This document shows, in pieces, positions 37,033-47,480 of a stretch of DNA of 63,760 nt (the stretch's first letter is position 1; each line of letters starts with the position of its first letter). Made by a program: the position numbers and the translations under genes. The stretch is taken from assembly GCA_052389695.1 (NCBI GenBank), contig JBQTHQ010000008.1, positions 1 through 63,760 of the forward strand, given 5' to 3'. Under the pieces are notes generated by a model. The model was not told where the DNA came from and made no database searches. It was given only the letters and a program-made list of their open reading frames with translations. The stretch is from Bacteroidota bacterium. Lineage in GTDB: Bacteria; Bacteroidota; Bacteroidia; 2-12-FULL-35-15.

Positions 37033-38292
37033 ATGAAGATCCTCATAAAAAACATAAAACAATTAGTACAGGTTGAAGAAAGCCCGAAGCTGAAAATTGC
37101 GGGAAAGGATATGAAAAAATTATCCTGTATAGATAATGCATGGCTGGCCATTGAAAACGATAAAATTGCCGGTTTTGGAAAAATGGATGATTGGGAGGGT
37201 ATTGCCGACTGGAGTAATCTAACAGTAATTGATGCGACCGATAAATTAGTATTTCCTTGTTGGTGCGATAGCCATACTCATCTTGTTTATGCCGGCAGCC
37301 GTGAAGCTGAATTTGTGGATAGGATCAAGGGATTGACCTATGAACAGATCTTTGAACGTGGCGGCGGGATCTTAAATTCTGCAACAAAATTGCAAGAAGC
37401 ATCCGAGGAAGAACTAGTTAAAAGTGCTTTGAAACGCCTGAATGAGATAGCTTTACAAGGCACCGGCGCTGTTGAAATAAAAAGCGGTTATGGCTTAAGT
37501 GTTGAATCGGAACTAAAAATGTTACGTGTCATCAAAAAATTAAAAACACTTAGTCCGCTTACCATTAAATCCACATTCCTCGGTGCGCATGCTGTTCCGA
37601 AGGAGTATCAAACATCAAAACGCAAGTACATAGATCTTATACTTAACGAAATGATGCCAAAGATCGCTGAAGAAAAGCTGGCTGATTATTGCGATGTATT
37701 CTGCGAACAGAATTATTTTACTAAAGAAGAAACCGTTGAGATACTTACTGCTGCTAAAAAGTACGGCATGATCCCAAAAGTGCATGCAGAGCAATTAAGT
37801 AATTCCGGGGGAGTGTTTGCGGGTATTGAAACGGAAGCTGTTAGTGTCGACCATATAGAATTTATTGGAGATAAAGAAATTGAAGCATTAAAAAGATCAG
37901 AGACAATGCCAACTATACTTCCCGGAGCAGCATTTTTTCTGGGATTACCCTTTCCTCCTGCCCGTAAAATGATGGATGCAGGATTATCCCTGGCAGTTGC
38001 AAGTGATTACAATCCCGGAAGCAGCCCAAGTGGTAATATGAGTTTAATGATTGCAATCTGTTGCATACAATATAAAATGACACCTGAGGAAGCGATCAAT
38101 GCGGCAACTATTAATTCTGCTTATGCAATGGGATTGAGCAAAACGCATGGAAATATTGCGATCGGCAAACAAGCTAATGTCTTTATTACAAAGGAAATTC
38201 CGAATTATTCTTTTATTCCGTATTCTTATGGCAGTAATTTGATCGAAACAGTTATTATTAATGGACAATTGATAATGAATAATGGAAAATGA
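37033..38292 (+). CDS. hutI: Imidazolonepropionase
   Basis: 419 aa amidohydrolase with CDSHTHLVYAGSR, KVHAEQL and ASDYNPGSSP motifs. Confidence 0.9.
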   Translation: MKILIKNIKQLVQVEESPKLKIAGKDMKKLSCIDNAWLAIENDKIAGFGKMDDWEGIADWSNLTVIDATDKLVFPCWCDSHTHLVYAGSREAEFVDRIKGLTYEQIFERGGGILNSATKLQEASEEELVKSALKRLNEIALQGTGAVEIKSGYGLSVESELKMLRVIKKLKTLSPLTIKSTFLGAHAVPKEYQTSKRKYIDLILNEMMPKIAEEKLADYCDVFCEQNYFTKEETVEILTAAKKYGMIPKVHAEQLSNSGGVFAGIETEAVSVDHIEFIGDKEIEALKRSETMPTILPGAAFFLGLPFPPARKMMDAGLSLAVASDYNPGSSPSGNMSLMIAICCIQYKMTPEEAINAATINSAYAMGLSKTHGNIAIGKQANVFITKEIPNYSFIPYSYGSNLIETVIINGQLIMNNGK

Positions 38293-38648
38293 AACAAGAG
38301 AATATATTAAAAGATAAAAGTTACAAATTTTCGGTTCGGATAGTTAAATTTTACAAGTTTTTTTCCGGTCAAAAAAATGAATATGTTATTTCAAAACAAA
38401 TATTGAGAAGTGGAACATCCATTGGGGCTATGGTTGAAGAAGCAAACCAGGCAGAAAGCAAAGCCGACTTTATACATAAGCTATCGATCGCAAACAAAGA
38501 AGCTAACGAAACTCATTATTGGTTAAGGCTAATAAAAGACACGCAGTTAGTTTCTGAAGATACTTTACCTTTACAAAATGATTGTGAAGAGTTAATAAAG
38601 CTTCTTACAGCAATAATAAAATCATCCAAAAGAAATATTTCAAAATAA
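38289..38648 (+). CDS. Four-helix-bundle protein (23S rRNA IVS protein / Avd-like family), second copy
   Basis: 119 aa with the same family pattern (Q.LRSGTSIGA...EA..A.SKADFIHKLSIA.KEA.ET.YWL.L). Its start overlaps the hutI stop (ATGA). Confidence 0.8.
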   Translation: MKQENILKDKSYKFSVRIVKFYKFFSGQKNEYVISKQILRSGTSIGAMVEEANQAESKADFIHKLSIANKEANETHYWLRLIKDTQLVSEDTLPLQNDCEELIKLLTAIIKSSKRNISK

Positions 38649-38671
38649 TTATTAATTATTAATTTTCAATT

Positions 38672-40357
38672 ATGAATTATCAATTAATAGAATGTGTTCC
38701 CAACTTCAGCGAAGGACACGACATGGGCATTATCAAACAGATCACCAACGAAATTGAATCGGTGGATGGTATAAAATTATTGAATGTTGACCCGGGTAAA
38801 GCTACCAATCGTACCGTTGTGACTTTTGTAGGAAAACCCGAAGCTGTTGTAGAAGCCGCTTTTCTTGCCATTAAAAAAGCATGTGAGCTCATCGATATGA
38901 GTAAACATAAAGGAGAACACCCCCGCATGGGCGCTACGGATGTTTGTCCGCTTATTCCAATTGCCGGTATTAGTATGGAAGAAACAGCAGCATATGCAAA
39001 ACAACTGGCTGTAAGAGTTGGCAAAGAATTAGGCATTGCAGTTTATTTGTATGAATCTGCGCAACCGAATAAAAACCGGAGCAATCTTTCTGTGATCCGT
39101 TCAGGAGAATACGAAGGATTCTTTAAAAAAATAAAATTACCTGAATGGGCACCTGATTGCGGTCCCTGTGAACATTCTGCCAAATCCGGCTCTACCGTAA
39201 TTGGTGCACGTGATTTTTTAGTGGCATATAATATTAATCTAAATACTACTTCTGTCCGCAGGGCTAATTCCATTGCTTTTGACGTTCGTGAAACAGGACG
39301 GGTAAAACGTGAAGGAAACCCTGTAACCGGCAAAATAGTTACGGATGCAAAAGGAAATCCGGTTTATATCCCCGGCACATTAAAGAGTGTAAAAGCGATC
39401 GGCTGGTACATTGAAGAATATGGTGTTGCGCAAATATCTATGAACCTGACGAATATCAACATAACACCGGTGCATATTGCTTTTGATGAAGTTAGCAAAA
39501 AAGCACAGGAGCGTGGTATTCGTGTAACCGGTTCCGAACTGGTTGGATTGATCCCATTAAAAGCACTTTTAGATGCGGGAAAATATTTTCTTGAAAAACA
39601 AAACCGCTCAATCGGTGTGTCCGAAAAAGAACTGATAAAAATTGCGGTAAAATCGCTTGGACTGGATGAGCTAGGCTTCTTCAAACCGGAAGAGCGCATC
39701 ATTGAATATTTATTAAAAGATGTTTCAAAAGCCCGCCTGGTTAAAATGGACCTTATTGAGTTTGCTGATGAAACAGCGAGTGAAAGTCCGGCTCCTGGTG
39801 GCGGCTCCATATCGGCGTATGTAGGGGCATTGGGAATTTCATTGGGGACAATGGTTGCCAACTTATCTTCCCATAAACCCGGCTGGGATGAGCGCTGGAA
39901 AGAATTTTCCAATTGGGCAGAAAAAGGCCAGAATTATAAAAATGAGTTATTGAAACTGGTTGATGAAGATACCAATGCTTTTAATAAAATAATGACTGCT
40001 TTTGCATTGCCTAAAACAACTGATGAAGAAAAGAAAACACGCACTGCAGCCATACAGGAAGCCACCAAATACGCAACTGAAGTGCCTTTCAAGGTAATGC
40101 AGCTAGCTCATGATTCAATGGTAATTATAAAAGCGATGGCTGAAACAGGCAACCCCAATTCAGTTTCAGATGCCGGTGTTGGTGCATTGTGTGCACGTTC
40201 GGCTGTAATGGGTGCTTTTTTAAATGTAAAAATAAATGCGGCATCGCTTACAGATAAAGCTTTTACAGAGCAACTTATTTCAAAAGGAAACGTATTAGAG
40301 AGAAATGCTCAACAACTCGAAACAGAAATTTTGAGTATTGTAAATGCTAAGATCTAA
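38672..40357 (+). CDS. ftcD: Bifunctional glutamate formimidoyltransferase / formimidoyltetrahydrofolate cyclodeaminase
   Basis: 561 aa. The N-terminal LIECVPNFSEG is the formiminotransferase signature. The C-terminal ESPAPGGGSISAY is the cyclodeaminase motif. Adjacent to hutI. Confidence 0.88.
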   Translation: MNYQLIECVPNFSEGHDMGIIKQITNEIESVDGIKLLNVDPGKATNRTVVTFVGKPEAVVEAAFLAIKKACELIDMSKHKGEHPRMGATDVCPLIPIAGISMEETAAYAKQLAVRVGKELGIAVYLYESAQPNKNRSNLSVIRSGEYEGFFKKIKLPEWAPDCGPCEHSAKSGSTVIGARDFLVAYNINLNTTSVRRANSIAFDVRETGRVKREGNPVTGKIVTDAKGNPVYIPGTLKSVKAIGWYIEEYGVAQISMNLTNINITPVHIAFDEVSKKAQERGIRVTGSELVGLIPLKALLDAGKYFLEKQNRSIGVSEKELIKIAVKSLGLDELGFFKPEERIIEYLLKDVSKARLVKMDLIEFADETASESPAPGGGSISAYVGALGISLGTMVANLSSHKPGWDERWKEFSNWAEKGQNYKNELLKLVDEDTNAFNKIMTAFALPKTTDEEKKTRTAAIQEATKYATEVPFKVMQLAHDSMVIIKAMAETGNPNSVSDAGVGALCARSAVMGAFLNVKINAASLTDKAFTEQLISKGNVLERNAQQLETEILSIVNAKI

Positions 40358-40360
40358 GTT

Positions 40361-42643
40361 ATGTCATTTATCCAGTCAATAAAAAGAGCGATTCGGAGTC
40401 ATCCTACATTCCGGAGGCATTTCTTTTCTTTTCCTTTCAGACTGGTTTTACTTGATATTAAAAAGAATCAACTTTTATTATTATTCTGGTTATTCTTTTT
40501 TGGGGTCATTACCAACCAGGTAGCCCAAAGTTATGGTGTGGGGTTTCTTTTTCTTGGACCTGAATATTCCGACAATATCAACATGGTTTCCTATTTTATA
40601 ACAGGCTTTGCCTGTGGTGGTTTTATCATGGCGTATAATATAGCCAGCTATATTAAAAATGCTTTCAGATTTCCATTCCTTGCAACATTACAAAACCCCT
40701 TTCTAAAATATTGCATCAACAATGTTGTTATCCCGCTCATTTTTATTTTGTTATACATCTACCGCATTATCGACTTTTTAAAAGCGGAAGGCAATGTTTC
40801 CAATATGGAGATCTTTATGCTAATCTTAAGTTTTATAGCAGGTAATTTATTTTTGATTTTTATCTCTTTCACTTATTTTTTTCGTACCACAAAAAATATT
40901 ACCAAACTTTACGGGATAGAGCATTCAGAAACAATACCTCTTAAAAACATAATTTCCAAAGGACATTCCGGTGAACGCAATCTTAATCTTATAAAAGAAT
41001 CCCGCGACTGGTATGTTGAAACGTACATGGTCACCCCATTTAAAAGGAGGCTGGTACGTTCGGTAAGGCATTATAAAAAGGAAATGCTGAAGGCAGTACT
41101 TAAACAAAATCATAAGGCGGCCTTTTTTTTCCAATTGTTGTCAATCATCAGTTTGGTTTTATTGGGATTGTTTTCAAAAGTAGCTGCGCTTGAAATACCT
41201 GCAAGTGCCAGCATTTTTCTACTGTTTACCATGTTTATCATGTTGTTCAGCTCTTTCTATACCTGGTTTAGGGGATGGTCAACAGTTATTTTTATTTTCT
41301 TTTTGATCGCGTTCAATTATCTGCACAAAATCAATTTCTTATCCACCCAAAATAAAGCCTACGGCCTGAATTATCAAAAGGAGAAAGCGGCATATAGCTA
41401 TGATAATTTTAAAAAAATGGATACGGATTATGACCAACTGAAACAAGACATTGACAATACATTAGCCATTCTGAATAAGTGGAAAGCCAAAAACACATTC
41501 TCAGATCCAAATAAAAAACCAAAGATCGTATTTATCAATACCAGCGGCGGTGGAGTACGTTCCTCATTATGGACCGTATACACTTTGCAACACGCTGATA
41601 AATTATTGAATGGGAAATTATTAAGCCAAATACAACTCATTACCGGATCATCGGGAGGAATGATCGGGGCTGCTTATTTAAGGGAATTGTATTTACAAAA
41701 ACAAAAACACAAGCTGGATAATTATTATTCACCTGCATACCTTACCAATATATCAAAGGATATATTAAATCCCATCGCATTTACAATCGCCACCAGTGAA
41801 TGGTTATTCCCTTTGAAGGATTTTAAACTTGATGGCAAGTACTACCCCCAAGACAGGGGTTATGCATTTGAGCAGAAATTACTTGAAAATACTGAAGGCG
41901 CTTTAAATAAACGCTTAGGTGATTATCAAATGCCTGAAGCAAAAGCATATATACCGATGATGGTATTTTCTCCCTCCATTGTAAACGATGGAAGAAAATT
42001 GCTTATATCACCTCAGGGCATTTCTTATTTAACACAAAATGCAAAGAGTGATGATTTGAGCTACAATAAATTATTTGATGCTGTTGAATATTCAAGGATC
42101 TTCGAAGAACAGGATGCGCATAAAACTTTATTCACCAGTGTTTTAAGAATGAGCGCTACTTTCCCTTATATATCTCCGGTGGTTTCATTACCTACCGAAC
42201 CCCGCATAGAACTTTTGGATGCAGGATTACGTGATAATTATGGTCTTGAAACCAGCCTGAGATTTATTAAAACCTTTAATGACTGGATAGCTATGAACAC
42301 CAGTGGCATTGTCATTATCCAAATACGCGACAAACATAAAAATGTACCGATAGATGAAAACCCTTCACAGACATTGATACAAGCATTGAGCAGACCTATG
42401 GGCAGTTTTTACGGAAATCTTTTTGCAGTACAGGATTATAATCAGAACCAACAAATACAAATGGCAGGGCTTTGGTGTAAATCACCTATTGAGATTATTG
42501 ACCTTCAATTGCGAAATAATCAACAAGATCATATCTCCTTGAGCTGGCACTTAACCAATAAAGAAAAAAGAAAAGTATTGGAATCGCTTACCCTACCTGA
42601 AAACCAGGATGCTATCAAACGGATTGTGGAGTTGTTGAAGTAA
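40361..42643 (+). CDS. Patatin-like phospholipase with a large N-terminal polytopic membrane domain
   Basis: 760 aa. The first ~330 aa is multi-TM. Then come the oxyanion hole TSGGGVRS, the nucleophile elbow GSSGGMIGA (GxSxG) and the catalytic Asp motif DAGLRDNYG. Confidence 0.8.
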   Translation: MSFIQSIKRAIRSHPTFRRHFFSFPFRLVLLDIKKNQLLLLFWLFFFGVITNQVAQSYGVGFLFLGPEYSDNINMVSYFITGFACGGFIMAYNIASYIKNAFRFPFLATLQNPFLKYCINNVVIPLIFILLYIYRIIDFLKAEGNVSNMEIFMLILSFIAGNLFLIFISFTYFFRTTKNITKLYGIEHSETIPLKNIISKGHSGERNLNLIKESRDWYVETYMVTPFKRRLVRSVRHYKKEMLKAVLKQNHKAAFFFQLLSIISLVLLGLFSKVAALEIPASASIFLLFTMFIMLFSSFYTWFRGWSTVIFIFFLIAFNYLHKINFLSTQNKAYGLNYQKEKAAYSYDNFKKMDTDYDQLKQDIDNTLAILNKWKAKNTFSDPNKKPKIVFINTSGGGVRSSLWTVYTLQHADKLLNGKLLSQIQLITGSSGGMIGAAYLRELYLQKQKHKLDNYYSPAYLTNISKDILNPIAFTIATSEWLFPLKDFKLDGKYYPQDRGYAFEQKLLENTEGALNKRLGDYQMPEAKAYIPMMVFSPSIVNDGRKLLISPQGISYLTQNAKSDDLSYNKLFDAVEYSRIFEEQDAHKTLFTSVLRMSATFPYISPVVSLPTEPRIELLDAGLRDNYGLETSLRFIKTFNDWIAMNTSGIVIIQIRDKHKNVPIDENPSQTLIQALSRPMGSFYGNLFAVQDYNQNQQIQMAGLWCKSPIEIIDLQLRNNQQDHISLSWHLTNKEKRKVLESLTLPENQDAIKRIVELLK

Positions 42644-42657
42644 AATTTAGAGTAAAT

Positions 42658-42697
42658 AGACCTGGCAGGTTTTAAAAACCTGCCAGGTCTTGCTTTT
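42658..42697. terminator. Bidirectional terminator between the patatin gene and the convergent alkylation-repair gene
   Basis: agacctggcaggtttt-aaaacctgccaggtct is a long perfect palindrome followed by tgctttt. Confidence 0.75.
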
Positions 42698-42699
42698 GA

Positions 42700-43782
42700 T
42701 TATATTATCAATTCAAACTGCTTACTTCCTATAGATTTTCCATTCACCATAATCTCCACTTCATGCTTTCCCGCATAGTGCTTACGAGTGGTAAAATTTT
42801 TTAAAATTTGTTTTTTAGTTATATGAACACACTGTTTCGGTTTTAAATTAAGTTCTTTCAGCTTAAATACTTTAGGTGTCTGTCCTCCCGACTTTTTTGC
42901 ATAATGGATCACATAATCAATTACCAGCTTTTGTGATTTTGCTTTTTCTGAAATCAAATCAAAACTAAATTCCAACACTTCTCCCAGTTTGATTTTTGCC
43001 CTTTTGAGTTTAAAATTCTCTAAATGTACTTTAGCATTTTTTTCAAAATCAAAAACAGCAAGGGAACCTGCATGTCCTTTTTTTATTAATGTTCGGCTGG
43101 CATGTTTGATTATCCAGGCAGTATATGGATTGGTTTTATCCCAGGTATTAATGAGGTTTAGCATATAATCTGTATTCTCTTTGGAAATATCATTCAAATG
43201 ATTGGCCACCGATTTTCTTACATACAATTCTTCATCGGATTTTAATTTTTCAAGAATAGACCTAGTGGCTTTGGGATCTTTAATTACTTCATCCAGTTTA
43301 AATGACCAGGGCAAACGCGGCCGGCTGCCCTCTGACGCAAGACGTCTTACATGAAAATTTTTATCTTCCGCCCATTTATTCATCACCTGAATGGTTTTAG
43401 AAAAATCACGCTTTAAAAATTCACGAATAGCAAATTCTGAGGAACCATATTGAGTAAAATATTTCAGAGCCTCCATGGATAAATGGAAATCATTATGTCC
43501 AAATAACCCAACAAAATCAGGAAATACCAGTGAAGTATAACCGGTTTTTAAATTGGGTACAACCTTAAACAATAGTTCCATTGACCTTTTATAATCAGCA
43601 GGCAAATACTGTTTTAACACCATAGAAGTATTTCGCAAACGCTGATTCAATGATAATTGATCCAATTCGCTAGTAACTTCTTTCAGGAATTTATCCGGAT
43701 GGAAATTTTTATCGGCTTTACTAAATTCCAAAGCTAATTGATCATAGTATTTTTTATTGAACATTTCTTTTAATGGCTCCAT
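42700..43782 (-). CDS. DNA alkylation repair protein (AlkD/YhaZ-like HEAT-repeat family)
   Basis: 360 aa with FHVRRLASEGSRPRLPWS and YVRKSVANHLNDISK motifs, characteristic of the DNA_alkylation family. Confidence 0.75.
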   Translation of the reverse strand: MEPLKEMFNKKYYDQLALEFSKADKNFHPDKFLKEVTSELDQLSLNQRLRNTSMVLKQYLPADYKRSMELLFKVVPNLKTGYTSLVFPDFVGLFGHNDFHLSMEALKYFTQYGSSEFAIREFLKRDFSKTIQVMNKWAEDKNFHVRRLASEGSRPRLPWSFKLDEVIKDPKATRSILEKLKSDEELYVRKSVANHLNDISKENTDYMLNLINTWDKTNPYTAWIIKHASRTLIKKGHAGSLAVFDFEKNAKVHLENFKLKRAKIKLGEVLEFSFDLISEKAKSQKLVIDYVIHYAKKSGGQTPKVFKLKELNLKPKQCVHITKKQILKNFTTRKHYAGKHEVEIMVNGKSIGSKQFELII

Positions 43783-43895
43783 CAGTACAAAATATGAATA
43801 TTGTTTAAATTTACAAATACTGGAAATAAGCCGCTATAATGCAGTATAAATTAATAAATTGTATCTTCGTAAACCAACACTGGATTGATTATTCT

Positions 43896-44627
43896 ATGAA
43901 AACTCTTTTAAAATATTTTAGCTGTATTGTCTCATTATCATTTATTATGGCCGGCTGTGTAAATTACAGAAAACTGGTAACTGACGAAATTGTTTTTATA
44001 GATGGAAGCTCTCAAACGGGTACCATTATAAAATGTGACTCTATGAATCTGAGGGTCAAAAAAGCAGATGAATCCATCAGCATCTTGCCTTGGTCAATTG
44101 TTGACACAGTACAGGGAAAGAAATACAAAACTCTTTGGTTAGGGGCCAATTTTGGATATTATAACATACCTTATTTCTCCGTATTCAGAAATGAAGCCAT
44201 TACAGGAAAACAGGCAGGAATGCAGGGAAAAATCGGTTTAGCATTCAGAGGAAATAAACTGTACTATTTTAATTTAACCTATTCCCCCGCCAAACCATAT
44301 AAAATAAGCAAATTCGGGTTTGGCTATCAACGATATTTAGGCAGGGGTTATTTAACTAAGCACAGTCCATTCTGGGGTACGGAATTCAATTTAATGAATG
44401 TTGAATTTAACAATGGCCCGCAATTGACCCTGGAACCTTTTACAGGATTTGATAAAAAACTGAATGAATACCTGCGGATCCATTTTAAATTTGGATTGCA
44501 ATTTAATTTAGCGAATAAAAATAACCAAACCGGGTTCAATACCACCATTGGAATTCAATTTATGAAAAGGAATTTTAAAAAACATTATGCTATACTTAAC
44601 AAGGAGCATAGAATATCCAGATATTGA
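43896..44627 (+). CDS. Hypothetical lipoprotein
   Basis: ATG at 43896 gives MKTLLKYFSCIVSLSFIMAGC (signal peptide plus lipobox). The body is beta-rich. Its stop TGA overlaps the TTG start of the CotH gene. Confidence 0.6.
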   Translation: MKTLLKYFSCIVSLSFIMAGCVNYRKLVTDEIVFIDGSSQTGTIIKCDSMNLRVKKADESISILPWSIVDTVQGKKYKTLWLGANFGYYNIPYFSVFRNEAITGKQAGMQGKIGLAFRGNKLYYFNLTYSPAKPYKISKFGFGYQRYLGRGYLTKHSPFWGTEFNLMNVEFNNGPQLTLEPFTGFDKKLNEYLRIHFKFGLQFNLANKNNQTGFNTTIGIQFMKRNFKKHYAILNKEHRISRY

Positions 44628-46204
44628 AAAATCTCATACTTGCCATATTATTATTTTTCGGCTTAAGCTCATCATCACAAAACGGCAGCTTGGTCTTTAA
44701 TGACAGTGTTTTACATACACTCAAAATTGAAACAGACCTGCCTAATTGGTTTGAAACATTAGAACAGGATTTTCAAAATAATTTTTCAAACCCTGAAATA
44801 TATCCTGAAATATACCGTAAATGTAAAGTTACCTGGGATGGCATGGTTTATAATGAATGTGGATTCAGGGAAAAAGGGAATGCATCCAATACACTTACCA
44901 ATTTTGGAAAAAAGAAACCATTTAAAATATCCTTTGATGAATTTTTAACAAACCAAACATTAGATGGATTAAAAAAAATAAACCTGAATAATTTTACCAA
45001 TGACCCTTCTTTACTTCATGATGCAATTGCATTCAAACTTTTCAGGGATGCAGGTTTACTTGCTTCAAGGACATCTTATACCAAATTATGGATAAACGGG
45101 GAATATATCGGGCTGTATATTGCAATTGAGAATGTAGATAAGACTTTTTTAAAATCTAAGTTCGGCAGTAAAGGTAATGATGGTAATTTATACAAAACAG
45201 ACAGGGGAGCAAGTGTCCCATTGAACTGGTTGGGTCCGGAATCAGCAGGATACAAAAAGCAGGGATTAAAATTAACAACCAATGAAACAAAAGATGACTG
45301 GTCGAAACTGACAAGCTTTATTGATATGATCAATAATGATCATTCACCTGATTTTAAACAAAAACTGGAAAGCCGTTTTGATGTACATGCATATTTAAAA
45401 GTACTGGCAATTGAAAAATGCATCAGAAGCTGGGACAGTTATTGCGGAGGCGGTAATAATTTTTATTTATATGATCATCCCGATGGAAAAATAAGATGGA
45501 TCCCCTGGGATATGAATGAAACATTCCAGGATATAAAAGTATTAAGCGGAACATCCTTGCTGGATGGTTATTTAGTGCCGGCAAATAAATTTGACGTACG
45601 ACCTTTACTTAAACGGATATTTGAGGTAGAAGAATGGAAAAATGAATATTTGAATTATGCATGCCATCTTGTACAAACCAACTATACTCTGGATCACTTA
45701 GGAAGTTATATTTTAGAGAGGCACAATTTAATTGCCGATGCCTACAGAGATGATCCATATAAAGTTAATTCCTATTCTTCTTTTGAACATTCATTAACGG
45801 AGTACAATGAAGATGTTGTTTCACTTACTCATTCAGCTTACGTGCTCCGAATAAATTATCCGGGAATTTATCCCTTCATTCAATCTCAAAGAGAATGGGT
45901 GGTAAAGCAATTGGGCGGCTGGGATAGAGAGTGCTCCATTAAAGACAATAGCATATACAATCTGTTTGTGTATCCGAATCCGGTTACTGACCATGTAAAT
46001 ATTTCAAATGAAGTTTCTGGTTTTGATTATGCTCAATTTAAGTTATATGATTTTACAGGAAGGCTCTGCCTGAATACCAAATATGATCTTATGCAGGGAG
46101 ATTATTATACTTTACAATTGGGAGAGATTCCTTCCGGTATTTATTTATTGATCAAAATTTCCGCTGATGGTAAGATCGGAAGAGCGAAATTAATTGTAAG
46201 ATAA
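44624..46204 (+). CDS. CotH-family protein (atypical kinase fold) with T9SS C-terminal sorting domain
   Basis: Has a signal peptide and a CotH pattern (KKPFKISFDEF...LNNFTNDPSLLHDAIAFKLFRDAGLLASRTSYTKLWINGEYIGLYIAIENVDKTFL...GNLYK). The C-terminal sorting domain reads VYPNPVTDHVNIS...GIYLLIKISADGKIGRAKLIVR. Confidence 0.8.
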   Translation: MKNLILAILLFFGLSSSSQNGSLVFNDSVLHTLKIETDLPNWFETLEQDFQNNFSNPEIYPEIYRKCKVTWDGMVYNECGFREKGNASNTLTNFGKKKPFKISFDEFLTNQTLDGLKKINLNNFTNDPSLLHDAIAFKLFRDAGLLASRTSYTKLWINGEYIGLYIAIENVDKTFLKSKFGSKGNDGNLYKTDRGASVPLNWLGPESAGYKKQGLKLTTNETKDDWSKLTSFIDMINNDHSPDFKQKLESRFDVHAYLKVLAIEKCIRSWDSYCGGGNNFYLYDHPDGKIRWIPWDMNETFQDIKVLSGTSLLDGYLVPANKFDVRPLLKRIFEVEEWKNEYLNYACHLVQTNYTLDHLGSYILERHNLIADAYRDDPYKVNSYSSFEHSLTEYNEDVVSLTHSAYVLRINYPGIYPFIQSQREWVVKQLGGWDRECSIKDNSIYNLFVYPNPVTDHVNISNEVSGFDYAQFKLYDFTGRLCLNTKYDLMQGDYYTLQLGEIPSGIYLLIKISADGKIGRAKLIVR

Positions 46205-46217
46205 TCTATAATGAAGA

Positions 46218-47480
46218 CTATACATTATACAATTCCATCACCGTAATTTCAGGCAGAATACCCACCCTGCCCGGATAACCTAAAAAGCCTAAACCACGAT
46301 TTACATAGGTATGCTGATTACCTTCAGTATATAAACCCGCCCACTGTTTATAAGCATATTGTGAAGGGCTCCATTTAAAACCGGGTATTTCTATTCCGAA
46401 TTGAAAACCATGTGTATGTCCGCTGAATGTAATGTCAATGTCTTTGTATTCTGTTTTCACCTGGTGGCTCCAGTGCGATGGATCATGAGACAAAAGTAAT
46501 TTCACAGGATATTTTTCAGCTCCGGGATATGCTTTTTTCATATCACCGTATTTAGGAAAGTTAAAACTTCCTCCCCAGTTCTCTATACCTATTACTGCAA
46601 TTTCCTGATCGCCTCTTTTTAATGCGATGTGTTCATTCATCAATAATTTCCAGCCCAATTGTGCATGAACATTTTTCAGGTCCTGCAAATTTTGTGCTTT
46701 TGCTTCCAAACTTTCCCAGCTCGTATAATCACCATAATCATGATTGCCAAGAGTACTGTAAACACCCATTGGCGCTTTTACTTTACTAAGTATTTCAAGG
46801 AAAGGATCTGTTTCTTCAGCTTTGTTGTTTACCAGATCACCGGTAAAAAATATAACATCTGCTTTTTGCTGCATTATTATATTTACTGCCTCTGCCAATG
46901 GTGCCGTAGAAATAAAACTGCCCGCATGAATATCCGAGATCTGAACTATTTTTAACCCATTAAAAGCAGCAGGCAAATTAGGCAATACTACCTTGATAGT
47001 ATGTACCTTATAATCAAATGCTGTTTTAAACATTCCGTAAAGGAAGCTCACAAATGGCAAAGCAGCCATACCCACAGCAATATAGTTCAGGAACTTCAAA
47101 CGGGAGATCGTATGAGGATTTTGAATAATTTCCGCTGCTTCAACATTGGGTTTTGTAAAATAACTGGCGATCCAACGGAACAAACGAATCATATCATCCA
47201 CAGCGATAAAAACAGAACCAATTATTTTGGAAATAAATGCCAATATCACAAATGCCAATACATACACCTTAAGAAACTTTGGAAGATCAGAAACAGTTAA
47301 AACAGTTGGAGATAGAAAAACTAAAAAAGAAAAAACAGTAAAACCCCAATAAATATAAAATACAATATTACGCTTGGTCGCCGAAGCGCCTTTCAATACG
47401 GTAACTATTGCCTGATAAAAATACCAGTCAATAAACAAAAGTACTAAACCAATAATTACAAAACGGAGCGGAATGGGCAT
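46218..47480 (-). CDS. Membrane-anchored metallophosphoesterase (YkuE/YaeI-like)
   Basis: Four N-terminal TM helices, then calcineurin-like motifs SDIHAGS, GDLVNN, GNHD and SGHTHG. Confidence 0.85.
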   Translation of the reverse strand: MPIPLRFVIIGLVLLFIDWYFYQAIVTVLKGASATKRNIVFYIYWGFTVFSFLVFLSPTVLTVSDLPKFLKVYVLAFVILAFISKIIGSVFIAVDDMIRLFRWIASYFTKPNVEAAEIIQNPHTISRLKFLNYIAVGMAALPFVSFLYGMFKTAFDYKVHTIKVVLPNLPAAFNGLKIVQISDIHAGSFISTAPLAEAVNIIMQQKADVIFFTGDLVNNKAEETDPFLEILSKVKAPMGVYSTLGNHDYGDYTSWESLEAKAQNLQDLKNVHAQLGWKLLMNEHIALKRGDQEIAVIGIENWGGSFNFPKYGDMKKAYPGAEKYPVKLLLSHDPSHWSHQVKTEYKDIDITFSGHTHGFQFGIEIPGFKWSPSQYAYKQWAGLYTEGNQHTYVNRGLGFLGYPGRVGILPEITVMELYNV

